A DNA stretch of 64,000 nucleotides, from the NCBI GenBank assembly GCA_026770705.1, contig JANJGN010000163.1, positions 744,001 through 808,000 on the forward strand, written 5' to 3'. The DNA is from Isurus oxyrinchus. Taxonomy: Eukaryota. Positions 45,001 to 56,390 of this stretch are shown here, in pieces. Position numbers and translations under genes: made by a program. Within the stretch, counting starts at the first letter, position 1. Every line of letters starts with the position of its first letter. The notes beneath the pieces were generated by a model. That model saw nothing but the letters and a program-made list of their open reading frames with translations, had not been told where the DNA came from and made no database searches.

Positions 45001-48000
45001 GACACTCCATGTGTCACTGCTCGACACTCCATGTGTCACTACTGAAATCTCCATGTGTCACTACTGAACTCTCCATGTGTCACTACTGAACTCTTCATGA
45101 GTCACTACTGGACACTCCATGTGTCACAACTGAACTCTCCATGTGTCACTACTGAACTCTCCATGTGTCACTACTGGACACTCCATATGTCACTATTGGA
45201 CACTCCATGTGTCACTACTGGACACTCCATGTGTCACTACTCGACACTCCATGAGTCACTACTGGACACTCCATGTGTCACTACTGAACTCTCCATGTGT
45301 CACTACTGAACTCTCCATGAGTCACTACTGGACACTCCATGTGTCACTACTGAACTCTCCATGTGTCACTACTTGACACTCCATGTGTTACTACTGGACA
45401 CTCCATGTGTCACTACTGGACACTCCATGTGTCACTACTGAACTCTCCATGTGTCACTACTGGACACTCCATGTGTCACTGCTCGACACTCCATGTGTCA
45501 CTACTGAACTCACCATGTGTCACTACTGGACACTCCATGTGTCACTACTGGACTCTCCATGTGTCACTACTGGACACTCCATCTGTCACTGCTGAACTCT
45601 CCATGTGTCACTACTAAACTCTCCATGTGTCACTACTGGACACTCCATGTGTCACTACTGGACATTCCATGTGTCACTACGGGGCACTCCATGTGTCACT
45701 ACTGTACTCTCCATGTGTCACCACTGGACACTCCATGTGTCACTACTCGACACTCCATGTATCACTACTGAACGTTCCATGTGTCACTACCGGACATTCC
45801 ATGTGTCACTACTCAACTCTCCATGTGTCACTACTGGACACTCCATGTGTCACTACCGGACACTCCATGTGTCACTATCGGACATTCCATGTGTCACTAC
45901 TGAACTCTCCATTTGTCACTACTGGACACTACACGTGTCACTACTAGACACTCCACGTGTCACTACTGAACTCTCCATGTGTCACTACTGGACACTCCAT
46001 GCGTCACTACCTAAGTCTCCATGTGTCACTACTGGACACTCCATGTGTCACTACTGAACTCTGCATATGTCACTCCAGGACATTCCATGTGTCACTACCG
46101 GACACTCCAAGTGTCACTACCGGACAGTCCATGTGTCACTACTCGACACTCCATGTGTCACTACTGATCTCTCCATGTGTCACTACTGGACACTCCATCT
46201 GTCACTGCTGAACTCTCCATGTGTCACTACTAAACTCTCCATGTGTCACTACTGGACACTCCATGTGTCACTACTGGACACTCCATGTGTCACTACGGGG
46301 CACTCCATGTGTCACTACTGAACTCTCCATGTGTCACTACTGGACACTCCATGTATCACTACTGAACTCTCCTTGTGTCACTACTGGACACTCCATGTGT
46401 CACTACTGAACTCTCCATGTGTCACTACTGGACACTCCATGTGTCACTACTGAACTCTCCATGTGTCACTACTGAACTCTCCATGTGTCAAAACTGGACA
46501 CTCCATGGGTCACTACTGCACACTCCATGTGTGACTACTGGTCCCTCCATGTTTCACTACTGGACACGCGATGTGTCACTACTGGACATTCCATGTGTCA
46601 CTACTGGACATTCTATGTATCACTACTGAACTCTCCGTGTGTCACTACTGAACTGGCCATGTGTCTCTACTGGACACTCCATGTGTCACTACTGAACTCT
46701 CCATGTGTCACTACTGAACTCTCCATGTGTCACTACTGGACACTCCATGTGTCACTACTGCACACTCCATGTGTTACTACAGAAGTCTCCACGTCTCACT
46801 ACTGAACTCTCCACGTGTCACTACTGGACACTCCATGTGTCACTACTGGACACTCCATGTGTCACTACTGAACTCTCCATGTGTCACTACTGAACTCTCC
46901 ATGTGTCACTACTGGACACTCCATGTGTCACTACTGGACACTCCATGTGTCACTACTGAACTCTCCATGTGTCACTACTGAACTCTCCACGTGTCACTAC
47001 TGGACAATCCACGTTTCACTACTGGACTCTCCTCTGTCACTACTGAACTCTCCATGTGTCACTACTGAACAAACCATGTGTAACTACTGAACACAGCATG
47101 TGTCACTACTGAAATCTCCATGTGTCACTTCCGGACACTCCATGTGTCACTACTGGACACTCCATGTGTCACTGCTGAACTCTCCATGTGTCACTACTCT
47201 ACTCTCCATGTGTCACTATTGGACACTATATGTGTCACTACTGGACACTCCATCTGTCACTACTGAACTCTCCATGTGTCACTACTGAACTCTCCATGTG
47301 TCACTACTGGACACTCCATGTGTCACTACTGAACTCTCCATGTGTCATTACTGAACACTCCATGTGTCACTACTGGACACTCCATGTGTCACTACTAGAC
47401 ACTCCATGTGTCACTACTAGACACTCCATGTGTCACAACTGAACTCTCCTTGTGTCACTACTGGACACTCCATGTGTCACTACTGGACAGTCCATGTGTC
47501 ACTACTGAACTCTCCATGTGTCACTACTGAACTCTCCATGTGTCACTACTCGACACTCCATGTGTCACTACTGAACTCTCCATGTGTCACTACTGGACAC
47601 TCCATGTGTCACTACTGAACTCTCCTTGTGTCACTAATCGACACTCCATGTATCACTACTGAACGCTCCATGTGTCACTACTGGACACTCCATGTGTCAC
47701 TACTGAGCTCTCCATGTGTCACTACTGGACATTCCATGTGCCACTACTGAACTCTCCATGCGTCACTACTGGACACTCCACGTGTCACTACTAGACACTC
47801 CCTTTGTCTCTACTGGACATTCCATGAGTCACTACTGAACTCTCCATGTGTCACTACTGAACTCTCCATGTGTCACTACTGGACACTCCATGTGTCACTA
47901 CTAGACACTCCATGTGTCACTACTGGACACGCCATGTGTCACTACTGGACATTCCATGTGTCACTACTGAACTCTCCATGTGTCACTACTGAACTCTCCA

Positions 48001-51000
48001 TGAGTCACTACTCGACACTACATGTGTCACTACTGAACTCTCCATGTATTGCTACTGAACTCTCCATGTGTCACTACTGAACTCCCCATGTGTCACTACT
48101 GAACTCTCCATGTGTCACTAGTGGACACTCCATGTGTCACTACTGAACTCTCCATGTGTCACTACTGAACTCTCCATGAGTCACTACTGGACACTCCATG
48201 TGTCACTACTGAACTCTCCATGTGTCACTACTGGACACTCCATGTGTTACTACTGGACACTCCATGTGACCTACTGGACACTCCATGTGTCACTACTGAA
48301 CACTCCATGTGTCACTACTGGACACTCCATGTGTCACTGCTCGACACTCCATGTGTCACTACTTAACTCTCCATGTGTCACTACTGGACACTCCATGTGT
48401 CACTACTGGACTCTCCATGTGTCACTACTGGACACTCCATCTGTCACTGCTGAACACTCCATGTGTCACTACTAAACTCTCCATGTGTCACTACTGGACA
48501 CTCCATGTGTCACTACTGGACACTCCATGTGTCACTACGGGGCACTCCATGTGTCACTACTGAACTCTCCATGTGTCACTACTAGACACTCCATGTGTCA
48601 CTACTGAACTCTCCTTGTGTCACTACTCGACAATCCATGTATCACTACTGAACGTTCCATGTGTCACTACCGGACATTCCATGTGTCACTACTGAACTCT
48701 CCATGTGTCACTACTGGACACTCCATGTGTCACTACCGGACACTCCATGTGTCACTACCGGACATTCCATGTGTCACTACTTAACTCTCCATTTGTCACT
48801 ACTGGACACTACACGTGTCACTACTAGACACTCCACGTGTCACTACTGAACTCTCCATGTGTCACTACTGGACACTCCATGTGTCACTACCTAAGTCTCC
48901 ATGTGTCACTACTGGACACTCCATGTGTCACTACTGAACTCTGCATATGTCACTACAGGACATTCCATGTGTCACTATCGGACACTCCAAGTGTCACTAC
49001 CGGACAGTCCATGTGTCACTACTCGACACTCCATGTGTCACTACTGATCTCTCCATGTGCCACTACTGGACACTCCATGTGTCACTACTGGACACTCCAT
49101 ATGTCACTACTGGACACTCCATGTATCACTACTGAACTCTCCATGTGTCACTACTCGACACTCCATGTGTCACTGCTCGACACTCCATGTGTCACTACTG
49201 AAATCTCCATGTGTCACTACTGAACTCTCCATGTGTCACTACTGAACTCTTCATGTGTCACTACTGGACACTCCATGTGTCACTACTGAACTCTCCATGT
49301 GTCACTACTGAACTCTCCATGTGTCACTACTGGACACTCCATATGTCACTACTGGACACTCCATGTGTCACTACTGGACACTCCATGTGTCACTACTCGA
49401 CACTCCATGAGTCACTACTGGACAGTCCATGTGTCACTACTGAACTCTCCATGTGTCAGTACTGAACTCTCCATGAGTCACTACTGGACACTCCATGTGT
49501 CACTACTGAACTCTCCATGTGTCACTGCTCGACACTCCATGTGCTACTACTGGACACTCCATGTGTCACTACTGGACACTCCATGTGTCACTACTGAACT
49601 CTCCATGTGTCACTACTGGACACTCCATGTGTCACTGCTCGACACTCCATGTGTCACTACTGAACTCACCATGTGTCACTACTGGACACTCCATGTGTCA
49701 CTACTGGACTCTCCATGTGTCACTACTGGACACTCCATCTGTCACTGCTGAACTCTCCATGTGTCACGACTAAACTCTCCATGTGTCACTACTGGACACT
49801 CCATGTGTCACTACTGGACACTCCATGTGTCACTTCGGGGCACTCCATGTGTCACTACTGTACTCTCCATGTGTCACTACTGGACACTCCATGTGTCACT
49901 ACTCGACACTCCATGTATCACTACTGAACGTTCCATGTGTCACTACCTGACATTCCATGTGTCACTACTGAACTCTCCATGTGTCACTACTGGACACTCC
50001 ATGTGTCACTACCGGACACTCCATGTGTCACTACCGGACATTCCATGTGTCACTGCTGAACTCTCCATTTGTCACTACTGGACACTACACGTGTCACTAC
50101 TAGACACTCCACGTGTCACAACTGAACTCTCCATGTGTCACTACTGGACACTCCATGTGTCACTACCTAAGTCTCCATGTGTCACTACTGGACACTCCAT
50201 GTGTCACTACTGAACTCTCCATATGTCACTACAGGACATTCCATGTGTCACTACCGGACCCTCCATGTGTCACTACTCGACACTCCATGAGTCACTACTG
50301 GACACTCCATGTGTCACTACTGAACTCTCCATGTGTCAGTACTGAACTCTCCATGAGTCACTACTGGACACTCCATGTGTCACTACTGAACTCTCCATGT
50401 GTCACTGCTCGACACTCCTTGTGTTACTACTGGACACTCCATGTGTCACTACTGGACACTCCATGTGTCACTACTGAACTCTCCATGTGTCACTACTGGA
50501 CACTCCATGTGTCACTGCTCGACACTCCATGTGTCACTACTGAACTCACCATGTGTCACTACTGGACACTCCATGTGTCACTACTGGACTCTCCATGTGT
50601 CACTACTGGACACTCCATCTGTCACTGCTGAACTCTCCATGTGTCACTACTAAACTCTCCATGTGTCACTACTGGACACTCCATGTGTCACTACTCGACA
50701 CTCCATGAGTCACTACTGGACACTCCATGTGTCACTACTGAACTCTCCATGTGTCAGTACTGAACTCTCCATGAGTCACTACTGGACACTCCATGTGTCA
50801 CTACTGAACTCTCCATGTGTCACTGCTCGACACTCCTTGTGTTACTACTGGACACTCCATGTGTCACTACTGGACACTCCATGTGTCACTACTGAACTCT
50901 CCATGTGTCACTACTGGACACTCCATGTGTCACTGCTCGACACTCCATGTGTCACTACTGAACTCACCATGTGTCACTACTGGACACTCCATGTGTCACT

Positions 51001-52189
51001 ACTGGACTCTCCATGTGTCACTACTGGACACTCCATCTGTCACTGCTGAACTCTCCATGTGTCACTACTAAACTCTCCATGTGTCACTACTGGACACTCC
51101 ATGTGTCACTACTGGACACTCCATGTGTCACTACGGGGCACTCCATGTGTCACTACTGTACTCTCCATGTGTCACTACTGGACACTCCATGTGTCACTAC
51201 TCGACACTCCATGTATCACTACTGAACGTTCCATGTGTCAGTACCGGACATTCCATGTGTCACTACTGAACTCTCCATGTGTCACTACTGGACACTCCAT
51301 GTGTCACTACCGGACACTCCATGTGTCACTACCCGGACATTCCATGTGTCACTACTGAACTCTCCATTTGTCACTACTGGACACTACACGTGTCACTACT
51401 AGACACTCCACGTGTCACTACTGAACTCTCCATGTGTCACTACTGGACACTCCATGTGTCACTACCTAAGTCTCCATGTGTCACTACTGGACACTCCATG
51501 TGTCACTACTGAACTCTCCATATGTCACTACAGGACATTCCATGTGTCACTACCGGACCCTCCATGTGTCACTACCGGACAGTCCATGTGTCACTACTCG
51601 ACACTCCATGTGTCACTAAAGATCTCTCCATGTGCCACTACTGGACACTCCATGTGTCACTACTGGACACTCCATATGTCACTACTGGACACTCCATGTG
51701 TCACTACTGAACTCTCCATGTGTCACTACTCGACACTCCATGTGTCACTACTGGACACTCCATGTGTCACTACTGAACTCTCCTTGTGTCACTACTGAAC
51801 TCTCCATGTGTCACTACTGAACTCTTCATGAGTCACTACTGGACACTCCTTGTGTCACTACTGAACTCTCCATGTGTCACTACTGAACTCTTTATGAGTC
51901 ACCACTGGACACTCCATGTGTCACTACTGAACTCTCCATGTGTCACTACTGAACTCTCCATGTGTCACTACTGGACACTCCATCTGTCACTACTGGACAC
52001 TCCATGTGTCACTACTGAACTCTCCATGTGTCACTACTGGACACTCCATGTGTCACTACTGGACACTCCATGCGTCACTACTGAACTCTCCATGTGTCAC
52101 TACTGGACACTCCATGTGTCACTACCGGACACTCCATGTGTCACTATGGACACTCCATGTTTTACTACTGGACACTCCATGTGTCACTA
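1..52189. repeat. 22-bp satellite array, ~2370 units, extends past the left window edge
   Basis: Continuous tandem units CCATGTGTCACTACTG(GACAC/AACTC)T with point variants and occasional 21-bp units. It ends at ...gtgtcacta|ttaccggg. Confidence 0.99.
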
Positions 52190-52619
52190 TTACCGGGAAC
52201 AACACCCTTCCCGAGTGACCATCTCTTTTGGGGGGTGGGGGGTGGGACATGAGACGGGTCCGTCCCCTCAGCTGTTGGAAAGTGACCCCATAGTCCCTGT
52301 TGTTGTTGATGGGGAGGGGGGAACAGCAGGGAGCTCCCCTGCGCCCTTTGCAAACTTCTGAAACCGACCAGCACCCTTTCAGCAAAGAAATAAATCCCCA
52401 AATCAATTGCCCCCTAATGGTATTTGCTGTCTGCAATCTTGCTGCCTGCAAATTAGCGCTGGCCTTATCCGCAGTGACTGCTCTTTGAGAATAGAAACAG
52501 CCTTTTGGTGGGAAGCGCTCTGGAAATGGCCAGAGGCTTTAATTTGTCTCTTTCCAGGCACCCCTCCTTCATAGCAGCAGGACTGGAAATGTGAACCTGC
52601 TCCATGTTCCACTCCACAG

Positions 52620-52914
52620 GAATTCTGGCCTCTTATGTGGAGCAGTTCCCTTCTACCGAGTCTCTGTCAGCAGGAGAATCCACAACCCTCGAGTGCACTC
52701 TGAGCAGTACTGCATCTCGCTCCATGTCCTGGTAGACACAACAGGCAGATCGGGCAATGGAAGCTCTGTTCTATTCTGCTGGGAAAGATATGGTGACAAA
52801 TGACACCGCCGACTCTCTGAGCACCAACAGGCCCAGCGATACCCTGTTTACCCTGGAATTGAGAGGCGCCTCTCTCTCTCACGCCGCTCTCTACGTCTGT
52901 GCTTGTAGTTATTG
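52620..52914 (+). pseudogene. TRBV: TCR beta-like V exon V1, pseudogene
   Basis: Acceptor ccactccacAG at 52618-19. Reads (G)ILASYVEQFPSTESLSAGESTTLEC...SMSW*TQQ...LYVCACSY, with both Ig-V cysteines and the Trp but an in-frame TAG at 52733-35. A 23-RSS follows. The beta assignment rests on family resemblance only. Confidence 0.88.
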
Positions 52915-52953
52915 CACAGCCAGTGAGAAAGCAGATCCGCAGGCACAAAAACC
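52915..52953 (+). other. 23-RSS of V1
   Basis: CACAGCC + exactly 23 nt + consensus nonamer ACAAAAACC. Confidence 0.95.
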
Positions 52954-52986
52954 CGCATGGCATCGGTGGCCGGTTAGGGCACATTT

Positions 52987-53476
52987 CCACCTCCCCTCCC
53001 ATCCCATTCCCCATCCCCCTCCTCCCCCCTCCCCCTCCTCCCCCTCCCCTCACCCCCTACCCCTCCCCCTATCCTCCCATCCCCCTCCCCTTGCCCTCCT
53101 AACCCTCCCCTCTCCTCCCTCCCCCTCCCCTCTCCTCCCCTCCCCACGCCCCCCCTCCCCCTCCCCTCTCCCCCCTCCCCCTGCCCACCCCCCTCCCACT
53201 CCCCCTCCACCGCCTCCCCCTCCCGCACCCCTCCCCTCCCCCCTCACCAAACCCCCTCTCCCCTTACCCCCTACCCCTCCTCCCCCTCCCCTCAGCCCCT
53301 ACCCCTCCCCTATCCTCCCTTCCCCATCGCCTTGCCCCCCTCCCCTCCCCTCTCCCCCCTCCCCCTCCCCACCCCCTCCCACTCCCCCTCCCCTCGCACC
53401 CCCTCCCCCTCCCGCACCCCTCCCCTCCCCCCTCACCACACCCCCTCTCCCCCTACCCCCTACCCCTCCTCCCTAC
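52987..53476. repeat. C-rich low-complexity tract (G-rich minus strand)
   Basis: Runs of CCCCT/CCCCA for ~490 bp. Confidence 0.95.
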
Positions 53477-54668
53477 CACTACTGAACTCTCCATTTGTCA
53501 CTACTGGACACTACACGTGTCACTACTAGACACTCCACGTGTCACTACTGAACTCTCCATGTGTCACCACTGGACACTCCATGTGTCACTACCTAAGTCT
53601 CCATGTGTCACTACTGGACACTCCATGTGTCACTACTGAACTCTCCATATGTCACTACAGGACATTCCATGTGTCACTACCGGACACACCATGTGTCACT
53701 ACCGGACAGTCCATGTGTCACTAGCGGACAGTCCATGTGTCACTACTGAACTCTCCATTTGTCACTACTGGACACTACACGTGTCACTACTAGACACTCC
53801 ACGTGTCACTACTGAACTCTCCATGTGTCACTACTGGACACTCCATGTGTCACTAACTAAGTCTCCATGTGTCACTACTGGACACTCCATGTGTCACTAC
53901 TGAACTCTCCATATGTCACTGCAGGACATTCCATGTGTCACTACCGGACACTCCATGTGTCACTACCGGACAAACCATGTGTCACTACTCGACACTCCAT
54001 GTGTCACTACTGATCTCTCCATGTGCCACTACTGGACACTCCATGTGTCATTACTGGACACTCCATATGTCACTAATGGACACTCCATGTGTCACTACTG
54101 ATCTCTCCATGTGTCACTACTGAACTCTCCATGTGTCACTACTGGACATTCCATGTGCCACTACTGAACTCTCCATGTGTCACTAATGGACACTCCATGT
54201 GTCTCTACTGGACATTCCATGAGTCACTACTGAACTCTCCATGTGTCACTACTGAACTCTCCATGTGTCACTACTGGACACTCCATGTGTCACTACTAGA
54301 CACTCCATGTGGCACTACTGGACACGCCATGTGTCACTACTGGACTTTCCATGTGTCACTACTGAACTCTCCATGTGTCACTACTGAACTCTCCATGTGT
54401 CACTACTCGACACTACATGTGTCACTACTGAACTCTCCATGTATTGCTACTGAACTCTCCATGTGTCACTACTGAACTCCCCATGTGTCACTACTGAACT
54501 CTCCATGTGTCACTACTGGACACTCCATGTGTCACAACTGAACTCTCCATGTGTCACTACTGAACTCTACATGTGTCACTACTGAACTCTCCATGTGTCA
54601 CTACTGAACTCTCCATGTGTCACTACTGAACTCTCCATGTGTCACTATGGACACTCCATGTGTCACTA
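53477..54668. repeat. Second block of the 22-bp satellite, ~54 units
   Basis: Same unit and variants as the main array. It ends with the same junction (gtcactatggacac...gtcactattaccggg) as 52140-52196. Confidence 0.99.
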
Positions 54669-55099
54669 TTACCGGGAACAACACCCTTCCCGAGTGACCA
54701 TCTCTTTTGGGGGGGGGGGGGGGTGGGACATGAGACGGGTCCGTCCCCTCAGCTGTTGGAAAGTGACCCCATAGTCCCTGTTGTTGTTGATGGGGAGGGG
54801 GAACAGCAGGGAGCTCCCCTGCGCCCTTTGCAAACTTCTGAAACCGACCAGCACCCTTTCAGCAAAGAAATAAATCCCCAAATCAATTGCCCCCTAATGG
54901 TATTTGCTGTCTGCAATCTTGCTGCCTGCAAATTGGCGCTGGCCTTATCCGCAATGACTGCTCTTTGAGAATAGAAACAGCCTTTGGGTGGGAAGCGCTC
55001 TGGAAAAGGCCAGAGGCTTTAATTTGTCTCTTTCCAGGCACCCCTCCTTCATAGCAGCAGGACTGGAAATGTGAACCTGCTCCATGTTCCACTCCACAG

Positions 55100-55394
55100 G
55101 AATTCTGGCCTCTTATGTGGAGCAGTTCCCTTCTACCGAGTCTCTGTCAGCAGGAGAATCCACAACCCTCGAGTGCACTCTGAGCAGTACTGCATCTCGC
55201 TCCATGTCCTGGTACACACAACAGGCAGATCGGGCAACGGAAGCTCTGTTCTATTCTGCTGGGAAAGATATGGTGACAAATGACACCGCCGACTCTCTGA
55301 GCACCAACAGGCCCAGCGATACCCTGTTTACCCTGGAATTGAGAGGGGCCTCTCTCTCTCACGCCACTCTCTACTTCTGTGCTTGTAGTTATTG
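55100..55394 (+). CDS. TRBV: TCR beta-like V exon V2: open frame, no identifiable leader, functionality doubtful
   Basis: (G)ILASYVEQFPSTESLSAGESTTLECTLSSTASRSMSWYTQQADRATEALFYSAGKDMVTNDTADSLSTNRPSDTLFTLELRGASLSHATLYFCACSY. It has Cys, WY, YFC, an AG acceptor and a 23-RSS. The DxAxYxC motif is eroded. Confidence 0.8.
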
Positions 55395-55433
55395 CACAGC
55401 CAGTGAGAAAGTGGATCCGCAGGCACAAAAACC
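55395..55433 (+). other. 23-RSS of V2
   Basis: CACAGCC + 23 nt + ACAAAAACC. Confidence 0.95.
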
Positions 55434-55466
55434 CGCATGGCATCGGTGGCCGGTTAGGGCACATTT

Positions 55467-55955
55467 CCACCTCCCCTCCCATCCCATTCACAATCCCCCT
55501 CCTCCACCCTCCCCCTCCTCCCCCTCCCCTCACCCCTACCCCTCCCCTATCCTCCCCTCCCCCTCCCCTTGCCCTCCTAACCCTCCCCTCTCCTCCCCTC
55601 CCCACGCACCCCCTCCCCCTCCCCTCTCCCCCCTCCCCCTCCCCACCCCCCTCCCACTCCCCCTCCCCTCGCACCGCCTCCCCCTCCCGCACCCCTCCCC
55701 TCCCCCCTCACCACACCCCCTCTCCCCTTACCCCCTACCCCTCCTCCCCCTCCCCCTCCCCTCAGCCCCTACCCCTCCCCTATCCTCCCTTCCCCCTCCC
55801 CTTGCCCCCCTCCCCTCCCCTCTCCCCCCTCCCCCTCCCCACCCCCTCCCACTCCCCCTCCCCTCGCACCCCCTCCCCCTCCCGCACCCCTCCCCTCCCC
55901 CCTCACCATACCCCCTCTCCCCCTACCCCCTACCCCTCCTCCCCCTCCCCTCCCC
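55467..55955. repeat. C-rich low-complexity tract
   Basis: Paralog of 52987-53476, with different internal organisation. Confidence 0.95.
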
Positions 55956-56099
55956 GGCGCCAGCAGCGGATCATCATTCAGGGCAAGTTTCCTTCCCAAC
56001 AGGAGCTTGGAAACCACAGAATGAGACAGGGAGTGAATAAGCCCATCGTGTCCAGGCTGCTCCACCCGGTGCCTGAGAGAACTGCTCAGTAAATCATAC

Positions 56100-56222
56100 A
56101 CCCCACCCCACCCCCCTCCCCCTCCGCCTCCCACCCTCCCCCCACACCTCCCCCTCCCCTCCCCCTACCCCCCACCCCACCTCCCCCACCTCCTCCCCTT
56201 CCCCCTCCCCCACACCCTCCCT
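56100..56222. repeat. Short C-rich tract
   Basis: CCCCA/CCCCT runs. Confidence 0.9.
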
Positions 56223-56390
56223 GAACCTTCCAATGGTTCCCTCCATAGATCCGCTCTTTTATCTTTCTGCAGCTATTCACCAATCTTGTTCCCAACAGCG
56301 GTGCGTTCAAGGTCACGGAAATCATGACAGCTCCTGGCTCAGAATAGACATTTCCCCTTCTCCCTACCACCCCACCCTCCACTGCTGCGG

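Larger units (their letters stand above)
54640..55600 (+). repeat. Tandem segmental duplication: second copy of ~52140-53120 (offset 2480 bp)
   Basis: The unique sequence, V exon, RSS and start of the C-rich tract are near-identical at +2480 (for example 52591/55071 and 52915/55395). Confidence 0.95.

Noticed and set aside
1-52189. Satellite as a CRISPR array or an array of true RSS/D segments
   Set aside because: There are no spacers, no CACAGTG heptamer, and no A-rich nonamer at 12 or 23 bp.
52417-52479. Hydrophobic MVFAVCNLAACKLALALSA as the V1/V2 leader
   Set aside because: The GT after it (52474) is phase 0, while the V acceptor needs phase 1. That GT is absent in the second copy (gcaatgac).
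52593-52620. V1 acceptor region (gaacctgctccatgttccactccacagg) loosely resembles a satellite unit, suggesting the satellite's origin
   Set aside because: The match needs several gaps over ~25 nt and cannot be distinguished from chance.
176-54475. Hundreds of Cys/His-rich ORFs (MCHYWTLHVSLLNSPCVTT...) resembling zinc-binding repeat proteins
   Set aside because: They are translations of a 22-bp repeat, which cycles through all three frames every 66 bp. ORFs end wherever a TGA/TAG variant falls in frame, and 21-bp units shift frames freely.
55084-56040. 318-aa Ig-V plus proline-rich stalk protein, and the other Pro/Gly-rich ORFs at 52757-53485 and 61684-62696
   Set aside because: These are read-through past the RSS into stop-poor C-rich DNA. 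The two paralogous tracts are not conserved in frame.
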